NCBI GenBank assembly: GCA_014728045.1
Contig: WJMH01000006.1
Coordinates: 52,738 to 116,737 of the forward strand
Direction of reading: 5' to 3'
Length of the DNA: 64,000 bases
Origin: Candidatus Omnitrophota bacterium
Lineage (GTDB): Bacteria > Omnitrophota > Gorgyraeia > Tantalellales > Tantalellaceae
In this document: positions 9,820 to 18,300 of the stretch, piece after piece
Layout of the letters: each line of letters starts with the position of its first letter
Position numbering within the stretch: the stretch's first letter is position 1
Notes under the pieces: model-generated
Database searches by the model: none
Seen by the model: the letters and a program-made list of their open reading frames with translations, nothing else
What the model was told of the DNA's origin: nothing
Position numbers and translations under genes: made by a program

Positions 9820-12521
9820 GTCCCCTTTATGATGTTCTTCCCCTCTTCGACCGCCTTTTCCAGTCCCTCGGGATCTTTGCCTCCCGCCTGTGCGAAAACC
9901 GCCTTGCCTCCGCCACCGCCGGATATATGACCCGAGATCGCCGTGACCACATCTTTGGCGTTATACCCCTTGTCGGCCATATCCTGCGTAACCGCGCAGA
10001 TCAGGAAAGCTTTGTCGCCTTTAGCCGAACCCAGTAGAACTATACCGGATCTGGTCTGTTTTTCAAGATATGCGGTCACCCTCCGGAGGACTTGCATGTC
10101 GACATCCGGTATGACCCCGCAGACGAGATCACCCTCGGGAAGTTCCACCCGTTCGGTCAATAACTTGTCGGCCCGGTCTTTAGCCTCATCGAAGGCCTCC
10201 GCCTGCTTTTTCTTCTGTTTCTTCTTGGCTGCCTTCTCAAGCCGTTCGATCGCCCGGGTGAACGCGGGCTTTATCTCCTCTTCATAAAGCTTTATAACGT
10301 CCCTGTCGATCTTGATCCTGCCTGAAGCGATACCCTCGGCCTTTTTCTCAATATCCTTGTCCAACCCAGCATCGCCGTCGGCGGCCTTGCGGTATTCCCT
10401 TATGAAATTTTCAAGCTCCTCTTTCAACCACCTTTCGGCGTTATCGCCGGTCACAGCTTCTATGCGCCTAATGCCACTGGCCACCGAACTTTCGGATATG
10501 ATCTTGAAAATGCCTATCTCAGAAGTGTTATCCACATGCGTTCCGCCGCAGAGTTCCTTCGAGTGCTCTCCAACTGTGACCACCCGCACCGTATCATCAT
10601 ACTTTTCGCCGAAGAAAGAAAGCGCCCCCTCGGCATGGGCCTCTTTGATCTGCTTTGTCTCTTTGCTTACCTGGATACCGTCCTGTATCCAACCGTTCAC
10701 AAGTTCCTCGACCTTCTCTATCTCCCTTTCGGAAAGCTTCTTCATATGTGTAAAGTCGAAGCGCAGCCGCTTCTCATCAACAGCAGAACCGGACTGCTTC
10801 ACCTGGTCTCCCAGGACCTTCCGCAACGCTGCCTGCAACAGGTGCGTGGCCGTGTGGTTGATGGCGGTCATCTGCTTCTTATCCGTATCGAGATATAGTC
10901 TGACCCGGTCGCCTTTCTCGAGACTTCCCTTTTTCACGAAAACGACCAGGACCTTCATGCCCTCGGCCTCGAAAGTGTCAAGGACCTTTATGTCACAACC
11001 CTCTTTCTCTATGCGTCCGGTATCTCCGACCTGCCCGCCTCCTTCGGGATAGAATCTAGCGCTCTGTGGATCGGCCACTATCTCGGCCCTTTCTCCCTCA
11101 CCGACGCTCTTGACGGCCTTCTCCTCGAGCAGGATGAACTTGACCTCGGTCTCCAGGGGCAGCTCATCGGAGCTTTCCGGCTTTTCAACGCCCTTGAACT
11201 TCTCGGGCTTGAAGATGAACTCTTCGGTTATATAGCTTCCTTTTCTCGACTGCTCGCGCCTCTTTTCCATTAGTCGCTCGAAGCCTTGCATGTCTAAAGA
11301 CACGTCCGATTCCTGTTCGATGACATCGACCGGAAGGCCGTAGGTATCAACAAGCTTGAAGATCTGCTCCCCCGAGAGCTCTTCGGGTCTTGCTCTGAGC
11401 ATATCCTCCAGTATGGGCGTCGCCGCATCCAGCGTCTCGTTGAAACGCTTCTCTTCCTCTTCCACTATCGCGCTTATATGTTCTCTCTTCTCGGACAGTT
11501 CCGGGTAGGCGTCCTTCATCACCCTTACTACCGTAGGCACGATCTTATACAGAAAAGGCCCGCTCCTGTCGCTCCTCAAATAGGCCCTTCGAATGAGCTT
11601 CCTCACTACATAACCCTGCTTTTCATTCGAAGGCGAGACCCCGTCGCAGATAGCAAAAGTAATTGCACGGATATGGTCCGCAATAAGATGAACGTCTTCT
11701 TCTTTTTTGCGGCCGCCCTTGCCGGGGCTGGCCATGTACTTTTCAACATCTTCGTTAATAGGCCTGAATATATCGATATCAAAGTTCGTCCTGACCTTCT
11801 GCATGACCGCCGCCATACGCTCAAGCCCCATGCCGGTATCAATGTTCTTCTTCGGCAGCGGATCAAGCGTGCCGTCGGGCTTTCTTTCGAACTGCGTGAA
11901 GACGAGGTTCCAGACCTCAAGGAACCTGTTACACCCGCATGCGGGGGTGCATTCTTCCCGTCCGCAACCAGAGTCAGGTCCCTGGTCATAGAATATTTCG
12001 GAACACGGCCCGCAGGGTCCGTTGGGCCCCTTGGAGGGGGCGTCCGCCGGCCAGAAATTATCATGCTCTCCCATTTTCACTATTCTTCCTGGCGGGAGCT
12101 GTACGCGATCGGCCCAGATGCGATAGGCCTCATCATCATCCTTATAGACAGAAACCCAGAGCTTGTCCTCATCAAGACGCATCTCTTTTGTCATGAATTC
12201 CCACGCCCAGAGTATCGCCTCTTCCTTGAAATAATCACCGAAGGAAAAATTGCCCAGCATCTCGAAAAATGTATGGTGACGCGGGGTCTTGCCCACGTTC
12301 TCCAGGTCTCCCGTACGGAAACATTTCTGACAGGAAGCGGCCCGGGTATATGTTATGTTCTTTCCCATGAACTGTTCCTTGAACTGGTTCATACCTGCCC
12401 CGGTAAAAAGCAGGGTCGGGTCGTTCCTCGGCACCAGAAGATCGCTCTCCACGACCCTGTGGCCCTTTTTCTCGAAGAACTCAAGGAACTTCTGTCGTAT
12501 GTATCCCGTTGAATTTTCCAT
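9816..12521 (-). CDS. alaS: Alanine--tRNA ligase
   Basis: DPTLLFT.AGM, HHTFFEMLGNFSFGDYFK, IDTGMGLER, HTATHLL, ELCGGTHV and GGGGG motifs. Start placed at ATG 12521, just after the recX stop. Confidence 0.97.
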   Translation of the reverse strand: MENSTGYIRQKFLEFFEKKGHRVVESDLLVPRNDPTLLFTGAGMNQFKEQFMGKNITYTRAASCQKCFRTGDLENVGKTPRHHTFFEMLGNFSFGDYFKEEAILWAWEFMTKEMRLDEDKLWVSVYKDDDEAYRIWADRVQLPPGRIVKMGEHDNFWPADAPSKGPNGPCGPCSEIFYDQGPDSGCGREECTPACGCNRFLEVWNLVFTQFERKPDGTLDPLPKKNIDTGMGLERMAAVMQKVRTNFDIDIFRPINEDVEKYMASPGKGGRKKEEDVHLIADHIRAITFAICDGVSPSNEKQGYVVRKLIRRAYLRSDRSGPFLYKIVPTVVRVMKDAYPELSEKREHISAIVEEEEKRFNETLDAATPILEDMLRARPEELSGEQIFKLVDTYGLPVDVIEQESDVSLDMQGFERLMEKRREQSRKGSYITEEFIFKPEKFKGVEKPESSDELPLETEVKFILLEEKAVKSVGEGERAEIVADPQSARFYPEGGGQVGDTGRIEKEGCDIKVLDTFEAEGMKVLVVFVKKGSLEKGDRVRLYLDTDKKQMTAINHTATHLLQAALRKVLGDQVKQSGSAVDEKRLRFDFTHMKKLSEREIEKVEELVNGWIQDGIQVSKETKQIKEAHAEGALSFFGEKYDDTVRVVTVGEHSKELCGGTHVDNTSEIGIFKIISESSVASGIRRIEAVTGDNAERWLKEELENFIREYRKAADGDAGLDKDIEKKAEGIASGRIKIDRDVIKLYEEEIKPAFTRAIERLEKAAKKKQKKKQAEAFDEAKDRADKLLTERVELPEGDLVCGVIPDVDMQVLRRVTAYLEKQTRSGIVLLGSAKGDKAFLICAVTQDMADKGYNAKDVVTAISGHISGGGGGKAVFAQAGGKDPEGLEKAVEEGKNIIKGT

Positions 12522-12522
12522 T

Positions 12523-13005
12523 TCAGTATCCGAGCACCTCGTTAACCGCCTCTTCGGCTGTTTCGGCATCGAACCCCCTCCTCAGAAGAAAACTGAAAAG
12601 CCTCGCCTTCATCTTGTCCCTGTCCTGCGGGGTTTTTTCGTCCTGAACGATGCCGCTCACCAGCTCAACGGCCATCTTCTTCTCATCGAGCTGCTTCTCC
12701 CTTCTTGACATTGCCTCATCTATCATTTTGGCATCGACACCTTTTCTTTCGAGTTCTTTTTCCAAAAGGCCTCTGGCCCGAGGGCTTTTTCTCAGCCTCT
12801 CGTCTATCCAGTCAACGGCGAACCTGAGGTCATCAACAAGTCCTTCCCTCTTGAGAGCGCCAATTGTCACGGCTATATGGTCGGTCGTATAGTCCTTTGC
12901 CCTCATCCGGACTTTCAGCTCTTTCTCGGTCCTTTGCCTTGAGGATAACAGCCGCAGGCAGTAATTCCTGCACCTTTTAAGTTCCTTCTCCGGTTCCTTG
13001 CGCAT
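12523..13005 (-). CDS. recX: Regulatory protein RecX
   Basis: LLSSR.RT.KEL, L...GL.DD..FA and L.RRGF motifs; directly downstream of recA. Confidence 0.9.
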   Translation of the reverse strand: MRKEPEKELKRCRNYCLRLLSSRQRTEKELKVRMRAKDYTTDHIAVTIGALKREGLVDDLRFAVDWIDERLRKSPRARGLLEKELERKGVDAKMIDEAMSRREKQLDEKKMAVELVSGIVQDEKTPQDRDKMKARLFSFLLRRGFDAETAEEAVNEVLGY

Positions 13006-13038
13006 TTATCCTGTGGTTGAGAGGTTCAGCGAATAAGC

Positions 13039-14094
13039 TTAGCTTGTGGATGCGATGGCCTTTCTGACTTCCGTCTCTATCTGTTTCATCAGTTTCGGGT
13101 TTTCCTTAAGGTACAGTCTAGCGTTCTCTTTACCCTGACCGATCTTTTCCTCGCCGAACGAAAGCCACGTTCCGCTCTTTTTTATCACCCCGGTCGCTTC
13201 CCCTATATCAATTATGGATGAGGAATGCGATATGCCCTCGTCGAACATTATATCGAACTCGGCTTTCTTGAACGGCGGCGCGACCTTGTTCTTGACGACC
13301 TTGGCCCTAATGCGGCTGCCGATGACCTTGTCCCCCTTCTTAAGGGATGCTATCCTTCTGAGGTCTATCCTCACGGAGGAATAGAACTTGAGTGCGTTAC
13401 CCCCGGTAGTCGTCTCGGGATTGCCGAACATGACCCCTATCTTCATGCGGATCTGGTTTATGAAGATAACGCATGTCTTTGACTTGCTGATAACTCCCGT
13501 CAGCTTGCGCAGCGCCTGGCTCATAAGGCGCGCCTGCAGGCCTACATGCGAATCCCCCATATCGCCTTCAAGCTCCTTCCTGGGTGTCAGAGCGGCCACT
13601 GAATCGATAACGACTATATCGACCGCGTTGCTCCTTACCAGGGTCTCCGCTATTTCCAGGGCCTGTTCGCCGCTGTCAGGCTGTGATATGAGCAGGCTGT
13701 CCAGGTTGACCCCTATCTTTTCAGCATAAACAGGATCGAACGCGTGCTCGGCGTCTATGAAAGCTGTCTCCCCTCCGGCTTTCTGTGCCTGGGCGAGTAT
13801 GCTGAGGGTCAGCGTGGTCTTGCCGCTTGACTCCGGACCGTATATCTCAACGACCCTGCCCCTGGGTACCCCGTTCACCCCCAAGGCTATATCCAGACCG
13901 ATCGCACCTGTCGGGATCGAAGCTATGTCCGCCCTGTATCCTTCGCCCATTTTCATTATGGCTCCTTCGCCGAAATCCTTCTCGATCTTGTTGAGGGCCA
14001 TTTCCAGTGCTTTTTTCTTGCCGGATGAGTTTTGTTGGGCGAGCTTATCTTGGCTGTTTTTTGTAGAAGCTTTTCCCTTGGATGTTCTGGACAT
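13039..14094 (-). CDS. recA: Recombinase RecA
   Basis: [31 protein letters not shown] and [12 protein letters not shown] motifs; GGGAGG RBS. Confidence 0.99.
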   Translation of the reverse strand: MSRTSKGKASTKNSQDKLAQQNSSGKKKALEMALNKIEKDFGEGAIMKMGEGYRADIASIPTGAIGLDIALGVNGVPRGRVVEIYGPESSGKTTLTLSILAQAQKAGGETAFIDAEHAFDPVYAEKIGVNLDSLLISQPDSGEQALEIAETLVRSNAVDIVVIDSVAALTPRKELEGDMGDSHVGLQARLMSQALRKLTGVISKSKTCVIFINQIRMKIGVMFGNPETTTGGNALKFYSSVRIDLRRIASLKKGDKVIGSRIRAKVVKNKVAPPFKKAEFDIMFDEGISHSSSIIDIGEATGVIKKSGTWLSFGEEKIGQGKENARLYLKENPKLMKQIETEVRKAIASTS

Positions 14095-14118
14095 AATTAC
14101 CTCCCTTTATTAATTAGT

Positions 14119-14165
14119 ATTATAATTATTGTTCTCTATTATACAATAGGGTCTGAATATTTCAA
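14119..14165 (-). promoter_or_regulatory. Candidate sigma70 promoter(s) for recA
   Basis: Minus strand TTGAAA(14165-14160)-N16-TATAAT(14143-14138). An overlapping alternative is TTGTAT-N16-TATAAT(14124-14119). Confidence 0.55.
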
Positions 14166-14298
14166 TATTAATATGCGTATCGGGTAGCAGCTCCTGAGGG
14201 CGATCATACCTTTTAGCTAACTTTAGTTCCCCATAGGGGTGATCTCTCATCTTAATTGTAGACCTTTCGGAAGGCGGGATACTTTCACCGGCGGTCTA

Positions 14299-14865
14299 TC
14301 AGCCGGCAAGCTCTGCCGAAGCCATCTCCGTATACACAGCACCCTCGGGGGTGAGCTCCGACTTGAAAAGAATTATCCTTGAAACGCGACTGGGAACAGG
14401 ATTGACCCGGGTCTTTTCGGTCAGTTCCCTGAGTTCTTTTTTCCTTTTTGCGCTCCTTATCCTGCCAAGCGTAAGATGCGGGGTATATGCTCTTTTTTCT
14501 TTATCGAACCCTTCTTTCTGCAGTACCCGCTCGGCCCTAGAAACTATTTCTTTTACCTCGTCGCTCCCTCCGGCGAGACCTATCCAGAGCACTTTCGCAT
14601 ATTCCCATTTAGGGAAAACCCCTATTTTTTCCAGGACGAACTCGAAGGGGCTTGTGCCTTTTGCTATATCCTTTAGTTTTTCTGCAACACGCACCAGGCG
14701 ATCCTCTTCAACTTCACCGAGGAACTTAAGGGTAAGATGCACCGATTCGGGCTTGACCCACTTAACGGCCGCCCCGGAACTTTTGAGGGTATCGGCGACG
14801 CGCGCCAGTTCCAGCCTGGCCTGTTCGGACAGTTCGATCGCTATAAATGAACGCACTTTCTTCAT
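14299..14865 (-). CDS. thpR: RNA 2',3'-cyclic phosphodiesterase (2H family, LigT-like)
   Basis: R.FIAI, HLTLKFLG and PHLTLGR (two HxT motifs); cinA-thpR-recA context. Confidence 0.93.
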   Translation of the reverse strand: MKKVRSFIAIELSEQARLELARVADTLKSSGAAVKWVKPESVHLTLKFLGEVEEDRLVRVAEKLKDIAKGTSPFEFVLEKIGVFPKWEYAKVLWIGLAGGSDEVKEIVSRAERVLQKEGFDKEKRAYTPHLTLGRIRSAKRKKELRELTEKTRVNPVPSRVSRIILFKSELTPEGAVYTEMASAELAG

Positions 14866-15329
14866 ATGTTTTCTGATATAAGCTCAAGGACTGCCGTTGC
14901 GAACTTTTGTTTAACCTGTTCACGGGTGCCTTTACAGTGTATCTTGCGTGTTCTTTCGGTATCCCCCGAGAGAACAGCCATGAACGCCGTGCCTACGGGT
15001 TTACCCGGCCGGGCGCCGCCGGGACCGGCAATACCTGTGATCGCCGCTGATATATCCGTATTAAGAAGGGACCTCGCACCCCTGGCCATTGCCCGGGCTA
15101 CCTGTCGGCTCACCGCACCGTGTGTTTTTATAAGGCTCTCGGGTACTTTCAGGACCGATATCTTCACGCGGTTGGAATAAGCAATAATACCGCCGAGGTA
15201 ATACGCCGAACTACCGGGGATGTCAGTGATGCGGCTTGAAAGCAGACCCCCCGTACAGGATTCGGCTACCGACAGCATTCTTTTTCCGTTTTTCAGCTTT
15301 CTGGATATATCCTGTTCCGGCATTTGCAT
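14862..15329 (-). CDS. cinA: CinA C-terminal domain protein (NMN deamidase, PncC-like)
   Basis: VAESCTGG, GSS.Y, HGAVS..VA..MA and ITGIAGPGG...KPVG motifs. Confidence 0.92.
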   Translation of the reverse strand: MQMPEQDISRKLKNGKRMLSVAESCTGGLLSSRITDIPGSSAYYLGGIIAYSNRVKISVLKVPESLIKTHGAVSRQVARAMARGARSLLNTDISAAITGIAGPGGARPGKPVGTAFMAVLSGDTERTRKIHCKGTREQVKQKFATAVLELISENI

Positions 15330-15335
15330 GAAAGT

Positions 15336-15364
15336 ATTATATCACGGCGGGGAAAGATATGAAA
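15336..15364 (-). promoter_or_regulatory. Extended -10 promoter, probable leaderless cinA transcript
   Basis: Minus strand TGA-TATAAT (15344-15336), 6 nt before ATG 15329; no SD sequence. Confidence 0.5.
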
Positions 15365-15370
15365 ATAAGA

Positions 15371-18300
15371 TCAGGCTCGAGAGGCTATGTACCGGCGTAT
15401 CTGTTTATAGAGCGCCCTGTCACCGGGCAGTTTTACCGCACCGGGGATAAGCCTGATCACCGCCGTTGTGCGGTAAGAGCCGGCTTCCTCATCCCAGCAC
15501 ACGCTCCATATGGCTTCATCGTCCAGCTGCTGGCCGTTACTGATATTGCGGTAACAGCGTATGAGCTCATCCTTGTCGTATCTGAGAGCTCTTGCAACGG
15601 TGAACAGCATTATCTCGACAAGCGGATAGTAGTATTCCTGCGTGAGTTGACTGTCGTCGATACCTGTTATCGTGGAGATCCCCTCAAATCCCGAGAAATA
15701 CTCCTGGCGGTTCTTCTCGCTGGTTATGATAATGATGTTCTCTTTTTCCAGTTCGCCCCTCTCCACCAGCGACTCCAGGCTGCTGCTCAATACACCGGCA
15801 GGACCGTGGCGTATGATCACGTTGCTGAGGAATTCACTCAAAAGATCATCCCCAAGACCCATATGCCTGAGCGAGTCCATCATCTTCCGCAACTGGTCCC
15901 TGGCCGGTTCAGGGCCGATCTCCCGGTCAACGACGATAACTACCTTCCTGTCATGCCCGGCCGTAGAAAGAGCGTTGACCAGTTCCGGGACCGCGCGGGA
16001 TATCCTTTCCATAACATCGACCTGTTCGGCCTGTTCATACACAGGCCCCTGCGGGGCTATATATTCATATTCGTCTTCATCAAGCTGCCAGAGAGAGAAA
16101 GCTTCCTTATCCTCCTGGTAGATCTCGCCCAGACATGAGCCCGCCGGCAGGACAACGCTTCTCCATCCTTTATCACTGAACGGGAATTCGTAATGCTCCC
16201 ACAGATTGACGTCCCTTATGGATATGTTCATTCTCTGGTATCTTCTGTCGATGCGGTCCTTGCCGGAAGCATAAACCTGTTCTATCCCGAGACCCCTGGC
16301 AGTATTGACCATGGACCTCAGGGCGGTCTCTATCCATTTTCTGTATCTTTTGCGTAAAGCGCTGTTCAAGAGCAGTCTGTATCCGCGTGAAGCCTGTATC
16401 TCATCAAAAACCATGGCGGGCTTGCCATGGATCATCCTGAATTCAACTTTCACGATACCGAACGAGCCTTCCGGGGCTATGAACATCTGTGAAGCCGGCT
16501 TTTCCAGAACTTCCAAGGCGGGATTTTCTCCGAAATAGTCCTCTTCCGGGCGGATGACCAGTTCCTCGAAGCACTCGTCGTATTCGATAACCCCGCGTAC
16601 CCTGTGTCCGTGGTATGTCCAGGATATCTTACGCGCCTGGTGATATGTTTTCAAAAAGCGCTCTTTGATCTTTTCGATGTCCGTAACGGCTTTTTCCTCC
16701 GGCTCAGCCCTGTCGGCCTTCTCCCGGTCCTCTTTACCGGTTTTTCCTTCCAAGAGCCTGTTCAGCTGCATCGTCACGTAAGTACCATTCCCCGTACCCG
16801 AACGATAACTCACCTTGCCTTCAGGCACGCCCTCTTCATCCATACTGCCTGTAAAAAGAAGCTCCTTACCGAGAGACCGCATGAGAAGCCTCTCGCCGGC
16901 AGCGCCGTCGAGCACCATGGCCGTAAAGAATATGCCCCTACCGCTCCTCTTGGTGAGACCTTCGCTCTTGACGAGTTTTATGTTATGCATGAGCCTGGCC
17001 AGATCACAACCTGAACCGTTATCTTTCGCAAAAATATCTATTTGTATCTTACTTCCCGCGCGGCGCGCCCGGCAGGCCACCACTCCGAATACATCATCCT
17101 CGTATTCGGCGATCTCTTCCTTGGAATGATTGACAATATTGTACATTAGCTCCCCCAGGACCAGACCCGCATCATAGGCATCCTTCTCTGAGAGCCCCAT
17201 ATTCTTCAACCATTCCATGGTATTTTTCCTGAAATCGGCCATCTCCTCCGCCTGGCTGTTCAGGTGTTCAGCATCCTTGATGCTCTGCCCGTTGAGGGTT
17301 ATCGCCTTTATCTCACCTCGTTCGTTCGCCTTCTCAACGGCCTGACGGGTGCTTCTGAGATCCTCAGAATCCACTGCACTTTTGATGTCGACAAAACCTT
17401 GCTCCCGGGCATCCTCTTCATCCTCGGAGAGTCGCTCTATCCCTGCCGGGCGGCGGTACACGGTTATATGTGTCTTGTCGAACCTGGTATCAACGACCCT
17501 TTCGAGCCTGCTGAAACAAACTCCCGGCAGAGGATTATTCATCACGAAGACCGCCCCCGGCTTAAGCTCCCGTAGAAGTTTTTCTTCAAGCTTCTGCCTT
17601 ATGCGTTCCTCGAATTTCCTTTTGTAGAGAGGCCAGAAAATATATATAAGATCATGGGAGGAAAAGTCTTCCCTGAAAAAGTTACCTTTCGCCACTTCGG
17701 CGTTCGTCATGTCCATGTTTGCCGAAAGTGTCTTAAGACACTCCACAGCCTGTTCGTGAAGCCTTGCGTCCTGTTCTATGCCCTTTGCCCGACCGGCATA
17801 TCTGGAGAACACGGCCACTCCCTTGGCGCTGCCACTTCCCAGATCAAGAGCGGTTTTTTCACTGTCGAGGAATGTCCGCGCGATAAGAGCAAGATCGGCC
17901 GTTCTGGATGAAATGAAGATGGCGCCGTTGGCCGTTGCTTTTGAAGTAATGATGGTCTTATTCTTCTCGCCGGTGCGGTAATAATTGTCTATGAGCGCCA
18001 CCTCTTCGTCTGCTGTAATATTGCCCCCGGGGCCATCCAGGACATCCTTGAGGGTCACTCTGTAGGGATCGGCCCCCAGAACGTAACAGATGCCATTCAC
18101 CATGAAAGCGGGAACGATCGATCTGGTGAAGATCCTTTGACATATCCCGTCCAGCCCGGGATACCTTTCGGCAAATCCCCGCACCCTGCTTCTTATCCAC
18201 AGTTGCCTGAGGACCTCGTGCAGGACCATAGTGGTCACTACAGCGGTCAGCACGATACCCACCACGCCTGCCCCCGTGATATAAGGAGCTGGTAAAGCGA

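Noticed and set aside
11478-12512. Long plus-strand ORFs opposite real genes (also 25862-26854, 33594-34544, 60962-61945 and others)
   Set aside because: Antisense to well-supported genes, with no motifs or RBS; expected from codon bias.
14176-14298. Assignment as SRP (4.5S) RNA or 6S RNA
   Set aside because: CGGAAGG and AGCAG are present but in the wrong order for SRP helix 8, and the element is short for 6S; kept only as an unassigned candidate.
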